DNA of 61,597 bases, the filler included. It is 8 parts of 8 records of this genome, joined end to end, with 100 filler letters (N's around TTAATTAATTAA, not from the genome) between each part and the next. Parts side by side here need not be neighbours in the genome. Positions count along the whole stretch, not along the records: positions 49,188 to 55,431 come from DRR723986_25839; positions 55,532 to 61,597 come from DRR723986_25953; 6 more parts are not named here. One strand, given 5' to 3'. This document shows, piece by piece, positions 49,188-58,741 of the stretch. A program made the translations under genes and the position numbers. A model generated the notes under the pieces. That model was not told where the DNA came from. It worked only from the letters and a program-made list of their open reading frames with translations, and made no database searches. Position 1 is the stretch's first letter. Every line of letters begins with the position of its first letter.

Positions 49188-49806
49188 CCTGGTCGTGGCT
49201 GAAGGTGCACCAGACATGGCGCTTACCGTCGAGCGTTTGCACCTCCGCCAGCAAATCGCTGGTTCGCGGCCTGACCACCGCAGACAGGTCCCATTGCGGG
49301 TCACCCTCTACGAAGTAGTCCTTTCCCGGGTGGCGGCGCTGCTTGTAATTTTCAAACCACTGACTGCGGCTGGAGCAATGATTGACGACCAAGTCAGCCA
49401 TTAGATCGAAGTCGCGAGCAATGGCGCTCACGTCCTGCCACTCACCCAGCGCCGGATTCACCTCAACGTAGTTGATAACCGAAAAGCCGTCATCAGAACT
49501 CCAGGGATAGAACGGCAAGATATGTACACCACTGATCACTCCACGGCATTCGCTGCGCAAGAAATCGTGCAAGGTATGCAGCGGCCACTCCCCCTCTTTG
49601 AGCAGTGAATCGCCGTAGGCAATCATTAAACAGTCGCGCTCGTCCCACAGGTTCTTGTGTGGCTCAGGCATAAAACAGCGCTGATTGAGGTCCATCAGCG
49701 CGATCATTTTTTCTACGAGCTCGTCAGCATTTTCAGCGGGGTAGATATGCTCAACATGCGCATAGAGCTTGTCTTTCAAGTGCTGCTGGGCGTCGCTACC
49801 TGTCAT
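49188..49806 (-). CDS. GH13_18 sugar phosphorylase, probably glucosylglycerate phosphorylase (3' truncated)
   Basis: AYGDS, HILPFYPWSSDDGF, DLVVNH and WCTFSHDQ; cluster context. Confidence 0.8.
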
Positions 49807-51026
49807 TGGCTGTACTCGGCCATATCAGCATCGACCGCCGCCAGCAGTTCACCGGGAAGTCGCGGCTCAGCGCTACACACGCGGTTCCAACTGGGAATGA
49901 AGGGCGTCTCCATCGGGTTGTCGAGAAAATCATTGCCCGCTTTAACAATATTGCCGGCAAACAACTCCACCGCCTCTTCCTCTCGGTGAAGATCCAGGTC
50001 CAGGCCATTCATCACGGCGTCATTGCGATAGCTCTCAACAAAGTCCAAGGCCACGCGAAAATACGTTGCTTTGATGGAGCGGAAGGTCTCGCTGTTAAAC
50101 ACCACCCCGGTAGTCGCCAACTTGCGAAAAATCGCCTTGGATATGTCGATAGACATTTTCGACAAACCACCGGCATCGTTATCGGCAGACAGTGATTGAT
50201 GCTTGTGATCGTAGGCATCCGCGATGTCTGCCTGACAGAGACGGTTCGTCGAGTAATTGCGGTACATCTCCGACAGTACGCCGATCTCCAGCCCCCAGTC
50301 GCTGGGGATACGCAGATCATTGAGCACGTCTCGCCGCATGGAGAACTCACCGGACAAGGGGTAGCGATAGCTGTCCAAATACTCCAAGTAATCGAGATCG
50401 CCAAAAATCTTTTTGAGTGAGCGAATCAAGGGAGTCACCAACAAGCGACTGACCCGGCCATTCATCCTGCCGTCGGCAACCCGCGCATAGAAACCCTTGC
50501 AAAACTCGTAGTTGAAAGCGGGGTTGGCAACCGGATAAAACAACTGTGCAAGCAGGCGTCGATCATAGGTCAAAATATCGCAGTCATGCAGCGCGATCGC
50601 CTCACTGTCGCCCGACGCCAATATGTAGCCGAGGCAATACCAAACGTTTCGCCCCTTGCCCGCCTCGAGCGGCGCCAGCCCGCGCCCTTGCAGCTTGGCA
50701 TCCAGGGCGCGCAGGCGCGGCCCATCATTCCATAACACCCTGTGACGCTGAGGAAGGCGGTTGAAAAAGGCCAAGGCGTGGCGGTACTGCGCTTCATCCG
50801 CTTGGTCTAAGCCGATCACCACCTCGTTGATGTAGGGCACTTTGGCGATTTCATCAATGATATTCGCCAGTGCCGGCCCCTCAAGCTCGGAGAACAGCGA
50901 TGGCAACACCAGCGCCATCGGCCGATGTTGCGCGAATTGGCTGAGCTCTGTCTCAAGGGCTTCAATGGGGCGATCAACCAGATTATGCAATGTGGTGATG
51001 ATGCCGTTTTGATAAAAATCTGCCAT
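49803..51026 (-). CDS. gpgS: Glucosyl-3-phosphoglycerate synthase
   Basis: MADFYQNGIITTLH, GKGRNVW, HDCDI, YPLSGEF, WGLEIG and YDHKHQ. Confidence 0.82.
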   Translation of the reverse strand: MADFYQNGIITTLHNLVDRPIEALETELSQFAQHRPMALVLPSLFSELEGPALANIIDEIAKVPYINEVVIGLDQADEAQYRHALAFFNRLPQRHRVLWNDGPRLRALDAKLQGRGLAPLEAGKGRNVWYCLGYILASGDSEAIALHDCDILTYDRRLLAQLFYPVANPAFNYEFCKGFYARVADGRMNGRVSRLLVTPLIRSLKKIFGDLDYLEYLDSYRYPLSGEFSMRRDVLNDLRIPSDWGLEIGVLSEMYRNYSTNRLCQADIADAYDHKHQSLSADNDAGGLSKMSIDISKAIFRKLATTGVVFNSETFRSIKATYFRVALDFVESYRNDAVMNGLDLDLHREEEAVELFAGNIVKAGNDFLDNPMETPFIPSWNRVCSAEPRLPGELLAAVDADMAEYSQ

Positions 51027-51121
51027 GGGGTTTCCCTGTCGTTATTGTCCGTCTGTGCATGCCGCCTCGCTGCCCTAGCATTGTCGAGGTGGCAATCAGA
51101 CGCCCGATTACCTATACATTA

Positions 51122-51949
51122 CTAGGCATTTTCCGTGCCGTTTCTAGCGTTGTTGTCCAACAGCGCTAATACAGCGCTATTCCACCCCTCAGGGCCAACA
51201 GCATCGGTTAATTGTAGGCGCCCCTTCGGCGCAGGAACCGGCGGTGGCGCATTGGCATGGGAGCGAATCAACACCGCCTCATCCGCCAGCGCGAGCATGG
51301 GCACATCATTCCCGCCGTCACCCAAGGCAATGGTGCGAGGGGCCTGGCATCCCTCGACCAGACGCGGCGCCAGCCAGAGCATGGCCTGCCCCTTGTCGCA
51401 GTGGTCGCTGATATGAATAAATCGTCCGCCACGCTGAGCTCGAAGTCCCTCCGCCGTTAACCGTTGTTCAAAGCGCTGCCAGCTCGCGTTGTCGCCCTGC
51501 CAGACCATCGGCTCGGAATATTCCCGCTGCAAAGCCGCCTCTGCTTCATTTTGGGTCAACCCGGTTTCGTCGCACAATTCTGGTGCACTCATATCCGCAA
51601 AGCCGCGAAAGCGAAACCCCTCCTCCGCTCGCCACTGGTGCAAGTGAGGAAGGAAGTCCTCTCGACAGCGGGCCAACTGCTTTACCCGCCCCCAGCGACA
51701 CTCGCGCAAGCCGTCCGGCGCATTCTCCGGGTAAATCACCGCCGCGCCATTTTCAACAATGTAGGGATAACGATTGTTCAGCTGTTGGCGGAGCACTGAC
51801 ATCTCGGCGGCCGTTTTGCTGCTGTTCAATATCCAGGGGATGTTCCGCAACGCCAGCAACGCCAGCGCTTGCGCGGCCGCCGCAAACGAGTAGCTGTCGT
51901 GGTCGAGTAGGCTGCCATCTAAGTCGGTAAACACAACGCTGGGCTTCAC
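51122..51949 (-). CDS. Glucosyl/mannosyl-3-phosphoglycerate phosphatase (HAD-IIB)
   Basis: FTDLDGSLLD, SSKT, ENGA, REYSEP, GGRF and LGDGGND. Confidence 0.85.
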   Translation of the reverse strand: MKPSVVFTDLDGSLLDHDSYSFAAAAQALALLALRNIPWILNSSKTAAEMSVLRQQLNNRYPYIVENGAAVIYPENAPDGLRECRWGRVKQLARCREDFLPHLHQWRAEEGFRFRGFADMSAPELCDETGLTQNEAEAALQREYSEPMVWQGDNASWQRFEQRLTAEGLRAQRGGRFIHISDHCDKGQAMLWLAPRLVEGCQAPRTIALGDGGNDVPMLALADEAVLIRSHANAPPPVPAPKGRLQLTDAVGPEGWNSAVLALLDNNARNGTENA

Positions 51950-52836
51950 GAGTCTGCCTCCCGGTACTGTAATGCTCGCACTCGGCGCTGAGCGTCAAGC
52001 ACCATGCAGGCATCGGCCTGCGCCGGCAGCACGGCAATGGCATGCCGCGTTAAGCGCTCGTAATGGCTGATAAACCGATGTATCTGCGCGGCGCTCATAA
52101 ACTGTGCGTTGGGGTCATTCGCTCGCCGAGCCATTAGCTTTTTTTCCTGTTCACTGCGCCAGTGTGCCACACAGTCAAAGCTCGGCGCCTGCAGCATCAG
52201 TAAATAATCGAGCTCAGCAAACAGCGGTTGATACACCGCTTGCAACTGCTCATTCACCCAGCGGCGCCAGTTTCCCGATGCATCTTCGCCATGCTCCAGG
52301 GCGTTAATTGGGTCACGTAATTCGGCATCCCGCTGAGGGGGCACCCCCAGGCACCAGCCCTCGAAAATCACTACATCGACACCGCTCACCTGAGGCCATT
52401 CCACTGAGGGAAAGGCGCGATCCCGCGCTTTATCAAATCGCGGTAACGAGCACGCCTGGCCTGCCCGTAGCGCGGACAAGGTACGACGAGCCAAGGCAAC
52501 ATCGTGCGTGCCAGGCACGCCTCGGGTAGCGAGTAAGGGGTGAACCTGCTGCGCTAATTGTTCGCGCTGTTCAGGGGAGAGGTAGAAATCATCCAAAGAG
52601 ATAGCCGCCACGCGAAGGCCACAACACTCACTCAAATACCATTGATAAAAGGCCGTTAACGTGGATTTACCACTGCCTTGCGCGCCGTGAATACCCAGCA
52701 CGCGAACACCCTCGACCGGGGCTGCCAGATACCCCTGAATAAATGGCAGAAAATACTCATGGATTTGCTGGGAATACCTGGCTGGCAACGACTCACGCTG
52801 CAAAAACGCTGCGATACCAAGTTCTAATTGAGACAC
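51946..52836 (-). CDS. P-loop D-glycerate 3-kinase-like protein
   Basis: GAQGSGKST, SLDDFY, TRGVPGTHD, PRFDK and FEGWC. Confidence 0.8.
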   Translation of the reverse strand: MSQLELGIAAFLQRESLPARYSQQIHEYFLPFIQGYLAAPVEGVRVLGIHGAQGSGKSTLTAFYQWYLSECCGLRVAAISLDDFYLSPEQREQLAQQVHPLLATRGVPGTHDVALARRTLSALRAGQACSLPRFDKARDRAFPSVEWPQVSGVDVVIFEGWCLGVPPQRDAELRDPINALEHGEDASGNWRRWVNEQLQAVYQPLFAELDYLLMLQAPSFDCVAHWRSEQEKKLMARRANDPNAQFMSAAQIHRFISHYERLTRHAIAVLPAQADACMVLDAQRRVRALQYREADS

Positions 52837-52904
52837 TCAATGCTTCTCCTTGAATTCTTATAAGCATAATAGCCACCAATAAAAGCGGCCGCTCAAGGTA
52901 AACA

Positions 52905-52921
52905 AGCAGGTTTCTTGCCAG
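52905..52921 (-). promoter_or_regulatory. Putative sigma54 (-24/-12) promoter of the glucosylglycerate cluster
   Basis: CTGGCAAGAAACCTGCT, i.e. GG-N10-GC, about 70 nt upstream of the kinase start. Confidence 0.55.
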
Positions 52922-53015
52922 CAACGGCAACAGGGTGAAACACGGGGGGGGAAATACGAAAGTGGGGAACGCAGGGGGGACAGGCCGATGGCTACCGGCC
53001 CGTCAAACCGCTCAA

Positions 53016-53480
53016 TCAGTGCACGTGACCGTGAGCAATTTCCTCTTCGCTTGCCTGACGCACGTCGGCAATGCTGACTTCGAAGTGAAGTGTTTGGCCT
53101 GCCAGTGGATGGTTGGCGTCGACCGTGACATTCTCGTCATCAACCGCTTTTACAACGACCATCTGCACTTGACCACCAGCGCCCTGCGCCTGGAACTGCA
53201 TACCCACCTCGATCTGCTCTACACCCTGGAAAGCGTCGCGGGGCACAGCTTGAATCAGCTCGGGGTTGAGCTCGCCATAGGCGTCGCCTGGCTGAACAGT
53301 CACTTTCAATTCATCACCCGCGGCTTTGCCTTCCAGCTCGCGCTCAAGACCGGGGATAATGCCGCCATGGCCATGCAGATACGCCAGGGGATCCTGACCT
53401 TTTGATGAATCGAGTTCCACACCGTTGTCGTCGGTGAGGGTGTAGTGAAATGCCACCACGCAATCGTTGGCAATATTCAT
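53016..53480 (-). CDS. slyD: FKBP-type peptidyl-prolyl isomerase SlyD
   Basis: PLAYLHG, DAYG, VDANHPLAG and EEIAHGHVH. Confidence 0.93.
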   Translation of the reverse strand: MNIANDCVVAFHYTLTDDNGVELDSSKGQDPLAYLHGHGGIIPGLERELEGKAAGDELKVTVQPGDAYGELNPELIQAVPRDAFQGVEQIEVGMQFQAQGAGGQVQMVVVKAVDDENVTVDANHPLAGQTLHFEVSIADVRQASEEEIAHGHVH

Positions 53481-53581
53481 GGGAACCTCCCGTTAAAATG
53501 AGGCGGCAAGCATGACAGCTTTAGCCGACGAGGTCACGCGAAGCGGCGGTTCAGGCCAGGGTTTGGGGAATATTTGTCCGA

Positions 53582-53953
53582 TTAATGGGTTACCACCAAG
53601 TGTTCTCTAAGCCACTTGCAAGCGCTGTCGCGCGAGGGAAATAACTCTAGTTTCAGTACGTGATCGCGCGGCAGACGACGAATAACATCGAAAACCAAGT
53701 CACTGCGCGGGAATTGCCGAACGATGGCGATAGCCTGTAAGCCCGCAACATTTCCCAAGTCGGCCTGCGCTTCAAAGCCCAGCGAGAAATCCAAGGAGCC
53801 CGTGACCAACACCGCAAACCGCGGGGGCATATGCGCGCCTATCCACGTGCGAAATTCAGTGAGGGACTGGAGCGTCAATTCACGCCCCTCGTCAATACAG
53901 AGTTCGACAATATTGCCGACTGGTCGAACGCGACCAAAACTCAACTGGTGCAC
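53582..53953 (-). CDS. Hypothetical protein, STAS/SEC14 (SpoIIAA-like) fold candidate
   Basis: 123 aa alpha/beta protein with AIAIV and a C-terminal F.SRDSA.KWL pattern. Confidence 0.5.
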   Translation of the reverse strand: MHQLSFGRVRPVGNIVELCIDEGRELTLQSLTEFRTWIGAHMPPRFAVLVTGSLDFSLGFEAQADLGNVAGLQAIAIVRQFPRSDLVFDVIRRLPRDHVLKLELFPSRDSACKWLREHLVVTH

Positions 53954-54022
53954 CCCGGATGCCCTACAGATAAAAACTGCAGTGTACGCAGTGCCGGCGG
54001 GCGGCTATATAAGTAAATCTCG

Positions 54023-54970
54023 CTAGCCGTGCTCGATCATTTCCTGACCCATATCAACGATGCGGCGGCGCAACCAAATGTGACCGGGGTCGTGCTGCAG
54101 GAGCGGACTCCAAGCCAGTTTCAGCTCGATGGGAATAATCATAAATGGCGGCTTGCGAACTGCCAGCCGTGGATCTTCGGCGTACAACTTGGCGACCTGG
54201 GTAGGCAGGGTAGCGATCAGGTCGGGGTGCCTCGCCAGCAAGGCAGCCACTTGATAGTGGCGCGTGAAAACGCGAATCTGACGTTCGTGCCCCACTTCGG
54301 CCAGTGCCTCATCCACCCAGCCCAAGCGCTGACTGTCTCTGTGGCTCATGCCACGGCCAACCCCCATACCGGTCTTGCTTACCCAGATATGCGGCGCAGC
54401 AAGAAAGGCATCCATATCAAAGTTCTCCAGCGCCTTATTCTCACTGCTCATCAGGCAGGAAAAACTGTCGCGCCAGACGGTAGCCTGATGGAAGGATTGC
54501 GGCAAACGGTCGAAACGGTTGACCGCCATATCGATCTTGCCTTGCTCAAGGTCCTGGAAGGTCACATCGGAGGGCGTCAGGATATCCAGTGTAATATTAG
54601 GTGCCTCGTCGCGGAGCTTGAACAAGAGCCTCGTCAACAAGGTCGACTCGGCGTAGTCACTGGCCATAACCCGGAACACCCGCGTGCTCTCGGTCACTTC
54701 AAAGTCAGATACGGGCAGCACCGCCTGCTCTACTGAGGACAGAATATTCCTTACCTGCGGTTGCAGCTCCAGCGCGCGCTCTGTCGGCGTCATCCCCTCA
54801 CTGGTGCGCACTAAAAGCGGGTCATTAAACAGGTCACGCAAGCGCCGCAAACCGTTACTCAGGGCGGGCTGGGTAATTCCCAACTGCTCCGCCGCTCGCG
54901 TGACATTTTTCTCGCGCAGAAGCACGTCCAGGTAAACCAGCAGGTTCAGGTCGATACGCGATAAATTCAT
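54023..54970 (-). CDS. LysR-family regulator (NodD-like subgroup)
   Basis: IDLNLLVYLDVLL, TQPALSNGLRRLR..FNDPLLVR and DPGHIWLR. Confidence 0.92.
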   Translation of the reverse strand: MNLSRIDLNLLVYLDVLLREKNVTRAAEQLGITQPALSNGLRRLRDLFNDPLLVRTSEGMTPTERALELQPQVRNILSSVEQAVLPVSDFEVTESTRVFRVMASDYAESTLLTRLLFKLRDEAPNITLDILTPSDVTFQDLEQGKIDMAVNRFDRLPQSFHQATVWRDSFSCLMSSENKALENFDMDAFLAAPHIWVSKTGMGVGRGMSHRDSQRLGWVDEALAEVGHERQIRVFTRHYQVAALLARHPDLIATLPTQVAKLYAEDPRLAVRKPPFMIIPIELKLAWSPLLQHDPGHIWLRRRIVDMGQEMIEHG

Positions 54971-55059
54971 GAGACTGATGACTCCGCTACTCAATATAAT
55001 ACGGGGTGATTATGGGCAGTTTTTCGCCACTTCGCCAGCAAAGCACATAGAAAGCAGGC

Positions 55060-55086
55060 AAAAAAAAGGCCCGGTAGAACCGGGCC
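55060..55086 (-). terminator. Intrinsic terminator after glcB
   Basis: GGCCCGGT-AGA-ACCGGGCC stem with a T8 tail on the minus strand. Confidence 0.8.
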
Positions 55087-55124
55087 AAGCCTCACTGACA
55101 GGAAATCGTTGTGGACCGGAGTCC

Positions 55125-55431
55125 TTAAGCGCCGTGCTTCGCTTTGTATTCAATACGGCGGCGGTGCAATACTGGTTCTGTGTAGCCACTGGGCTGTTTG
55201 ACACCTTCAAAAACCAGCTCACAAGCGGCCTGGAAAGCCACACTATCGCCGAAGTTCGGCGCCATATTGCGGTAGCTTGCATCGCCGGCATTCTGGCGAT
55301 CAACAACCGCCGCCATCCGCTGCATAGTTTCCATTACCTGCTCTTCGCTGCAGATGCCGTGGCGCAACCAGTTGGCGATGTGCTGACTAGAAATACGCAG
55401 TGTCGCGCGGTCTTCCATCAGGCCCACATCG
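55125..55431 (-). CDS. glcB: Malate synthase G, C-terminus (5' truncated)
   Basis: [20 protein letters not shown] and [11 protein letters not shown]. Confidence 0.93.
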
Positions 55432-55531
55432 NNNNNNNNNNNNNNNNNNNNNNNNNNNNNNNNNNNNNNNNNNNNTTAATTAATTAANNNNNNNNNNNNN
55501 NNNNNNNNNNNNNNNNNNNNNNNNNNNNNNN
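55432..55531. other. Artificial contig linker 7
   Basis: N run containing TTAATTAATTAA. Confidence 0.99.
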
Positions 55532-56099
55532 GTTCCGGCAGCATTGGGCGCGGGCCAACAAGGCTCATCTCACCCAAAATAACATTCCACAGTTGGGGCA
55601 GTTCATCCAATGACGTCTTGCGCAAAAAGCGCCCAACCGGGGTAATGCGCGGATCATTCTTGAGCTTTTGCGTCGTGTCCCACTCGTGTTTGAGATCCGC
55701 ATCTTCTTTAAGCAGACGCGCAAGTCGCACGTCGGCATCCATGACCATTGTGCGCAATTTCAGAATCGAGAACCGGTTGCCGCCTTTGCCGAGACGGTCT
55801 TGGCGATAAAACGGTGTTCCGCCTTCGATCCATAGGGCCAGCGCACATATCGCAACAACAGGCGCCCAGATCGGTAGCAGCAACAGGATGAGGGCCAAGT
55901 CAAAGCCGCGTTTGCCTACACCATCATACCAACTGGTAGGAGCACTGTACGCAGGGCGCGCAGACATCACAGGTGCATTCAAATTTGCTGCTGTTGGCAA
56001 AGAAACCAAATTCGGGGCTGACACCGCAGAATCCGAATGGGCCAACGCAAACGCACCACGTGAGACTATCCTAGCCTCGTGCAAAAAATCTTTCATCAT
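55532..56099 (-). CDS. Undecaprenyl-phosphate sugar transferase (ExoY/WbaP-like; 3' truncated)
   Basis: KRGFD, KLRTM, DPRITPVGRFLRKTSLDELPQL and MSLVGPRP. Confidence 0.92.
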
Positions 56100-56580
56100 T
56101 CCCCCCAAAGAGACATGACGGAGATGCGTGACGATCAGCCCCTCGACGCGCAGCACCTAAAACACACTACTATTATTGCTCAGGGTCAGCAGCTCGCCCG
56201 AGCGTTTCGTTTAACCAAAAGACACCCACACCTGTGTCTGTCGGCATATAGGCAAGAACCAGACTAATTTAAGCCTTATTTCTGCCATGATAGAAAGTAA
56301 CACCCACCTCGAAAATTTTAAGAAATACCGCGTAAACAGTTTGTTTCTTTTACCAACACTATAGAAAGCTTAGGTTTTTCCATAGAGCCTGTGAACCAAT
56401 CACACGAAAAATCGTCAATTGTTTCGAAAATTCCCACGTTTGATTGATTAGAATCGCAGCAAAAGTGTTTGGGGTCTCTCACTTGAATTGTGGCAAAACC
56501 CGGGCGTCCGTCACAATTTGCGCCCCCTGCCCCAATACGGCGGTGCGAAAGCGGGGCAAAAAATGACCTGACAAAGATCC

Positions 56581-57597
56581 CTAGCTGGTTCGAAATTGCC
56601 CGGGCGTCTGTCCCGTCCAGCGCTTGAACGCTTCGTTAAAACTGCTCAAAGCTGAATACCCGAGCAGATATGCAATTTCTGCCAGCACCAAATTGCTGTC
56701 TTTCAAATAGCTCACCGCAAGAGACGATCGCAGTTCTTCTAGGGTTTTGAAAAATGTCGTGTTTTCGTCAGCCAGCCTGCGGGCGAGTGTTCGCGAGCTC
56801 ATGCCCAATGCAACTGCGACGGCCTCTTGGTGGGCCTCTCCCTTTGCCAGCCGATCCGCAATGGCGCGTTCAACTTTGACAACGATGGGGGGAAGATTGC
56901 GGGATTTGTCTTGCAAAATCGCCTCGCAATAATCCGTCAGAACGCTGTACAACTGATTGTCAGCGGTCATCAGAGGCAGTTCCAAATCATTTTGGTGGAA
57001 GTAATAGGCATTGTGCGCGGCGCCAAACTGGACCTCGCAGCCAAAAAACCGCTCTAGAACGTCCACATTTGTGTTTCGCAAATGCCGTAGGGTCACCAGC
57101 TTGGGGCAGAAGTTTCGATTGGCCGCCTGACGCATCGCATGGAGCAATCCAGAGGCCCCGAATTCCACGTACTGGCGTCGCCGAACCATGGTAGGCACTG
57201 AAAAGTGCCAGCGCAGAATTCCGTCTCTTTCTAAGCGGCCGATATCGATTTCAACTGCATCGCTGAACACCTGCCGGTAGCGTGTCACGTTCTGGATGAA
57301 ATCAAAAACCGTCGGCGACGATAGGCCAACGTAGCTGATCAATCCGGTGCGACGCATTTCCCGCTTGGCCCCGCGCTGGAACCCAAGCGTATCGTCCCCA
57401 GTTAAGTCGGCGGCATGTTCAAAAAAACCGGCAATATCGTCAAACGGAGCAAAGGGTTTATCTTTCTGTAGCAGCGAAGGGCCAAAACCGGTCCCCCCAA
57501 ACACCTTCTGCTCTGAAAACCCTTGTTCCAGCAGGTCCCTGGCGAGAACTTGCACAAAGACGGCCCCATGCTTTGGCGTGCTATCACGGTCTGTCAT
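56581..57597 (-). CDS. AraC-family regulator (OruR/ArgR-like)
   Basis: FFGCEVQF, SSRTLARRL and IAYLLGYS..SSFNEAFKRWTG.TP. Confidence 0.9.
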   Translation of the reverse strand: MTDRDSTPKHGAVFVQVLARDLLEQGFSEQKVFGGTGFGPSLLQKDKPFAPFDDIAGFFEHAADLTGDDTLGFQRGAKREMRRTGLISYVGLSSPTVFDFIQNVTRYRQVFSDAVEIDIGRLERDGILRWHFSVPTMVRRRQYVEFGASGLLHAMRQAANRNFCPKLVTLRHLRNTNVDVLERFFGCEVQFGAAHNAYYFHQNDLELPLMTADNQLYSVLTDYCEAILQDKSRNLPPIVVKVERAIADRLAKGEAHQEAVAVALGMSSRTLARRLADENTTFFKTLEELRSSLAVSYLKDSNLVLAEIAYLLGYSALSSFNEAFKRWTGQTPGQFRTS

Positions 57598-57849
57598 TGC
57601 ACCACCGGATCCTAACACAGACGTTCAAAGCATTGAGGGAAATAGACATTTGCATCCTGAAACCGTTACCATTTCAATTTGTAACCTAGCGCCAAATTTC
57701 AAAATACACAAAATTTGTCCAGAATTCAGAAAATAGTGGCTCTAAATCTTAGGCGCCTCACTTTGGACACCCCCACATCGGCTGCATAAGGGCCAGAGTC
57801 CTCAGCCAACTCTGCCTGACCACCACATTCGACACCTGAAGGGGGCTAC

Positions 57850-58740
57850 ATGAGCAGACTTATCGAGATGGAAACTTTTGCCAAGGTTGTTGAAGAAGGC
57901 GGCTTTACCGATGCCGCTAAGCGCATGGGAATTTCTAAATCAGCCGTTTCTAAGCACATCTCGTCCCTAGAATCTCGTTTAGGTGCGAGGTTGCTGAGCC
58001 GCACCACCCGTCGGGTCAATCCGACGGAGATTGGGTTGGCCTATTATGATCGTGCCAGCCGCATCCTAAACGATGCGGGTGATGCAGATGCTTTGGTTGC
58101 TTCGTTACATGCCCAACCTGCGGGCCTGTTGAACATCTCTGCCGCAACCGATTTCGGCATTCATGAGCTTTCGCCGCTGATGGCCGGGTTTCTAGGCGCG
58201 TTTCCCGATATCGCAGTCAACCTAGAGCTCAACGATAAAAGTCTGGATCTTATCGCAGAAGGTGTCGATGTGGCGCTGCGCACAGGCGCCTTGCGAGACA
58301 GCACATTGCGCGCCCGTAAATTGCTCAATTACCCGATGCGTCTGGTCGCCAGCCCTGCCTATCTGGAGCAGGCAGGTATACCTGTAACCTTAGCTGATCT
58401 CACCGAACACAAGCTTTTAAGCGCCTCTTTGCGTCCGGGAGGGGATGTCTGGCACTTTGATGTGGAGGATGGCACGACCCGTTCTGTCGCCGTTTCTGGG
58501 GAATTGGCCGTGAACGATGGACAGTCTCGCCTTCATGCCGCCGAAGCCGGGCTTGGCATCGCCTTTTTGCCTGACTTTCTCTATGCGGATGCGATCACAG
58601 AGGGACGGTTACAAGATGCCATGCCCAATTTGTACCCGCAGACGCAGACCGTTTACGCGGTTTATCCAGAGGGTCGGTTCACCCAGCCCAAAGTGCGCGC
58701 GTTCATCGACTTTCTCGTGCAGAATTTAGCACACAAGTAA
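57850..58740 (+). CDS. LysR-family regulator (CrgA-like)
   Basis: GGFTDAA, SAVSKHI..LE..LG.RLL.RTTR, EGVDVALR and PKVRAFIDFL. Confidence 0.92.
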   Translation: MSRLIEMETFAKVVEEGGFTDAAKRMGISKSAVSKHISSLESRLGARLLSRTTRRVNPTEIGLAYYDRASRILNDAGDADALVASLHAQPAGLLNISAATDFGIHELSPLMAGFLGAFPDIAVNLELNDKSLDLIAEGVDVALRTGALRDSTLRARKLLNYPMRLVASPAYLEQAGIPVTLADLTEHKLLSASLRPGGDVWHFDVEDGTTRSVAVSGELAVNDGQSRLHAAEAGLGIAFLPDFLYADAITEGRLQDAMPNLYPQTQTVYAVYPEGRFTQPKVRAFIDFLVQNLAHK

Positions 58741-58741
58741 G

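Noticed and set aside
52944-52951. G8 homopolymer upstream of the glucosylglycerate cluster as a phase-variation tract
   Set aside because: It is short, lies outside the predicted promoter core, and length variation cannot be seen in a single sequence.
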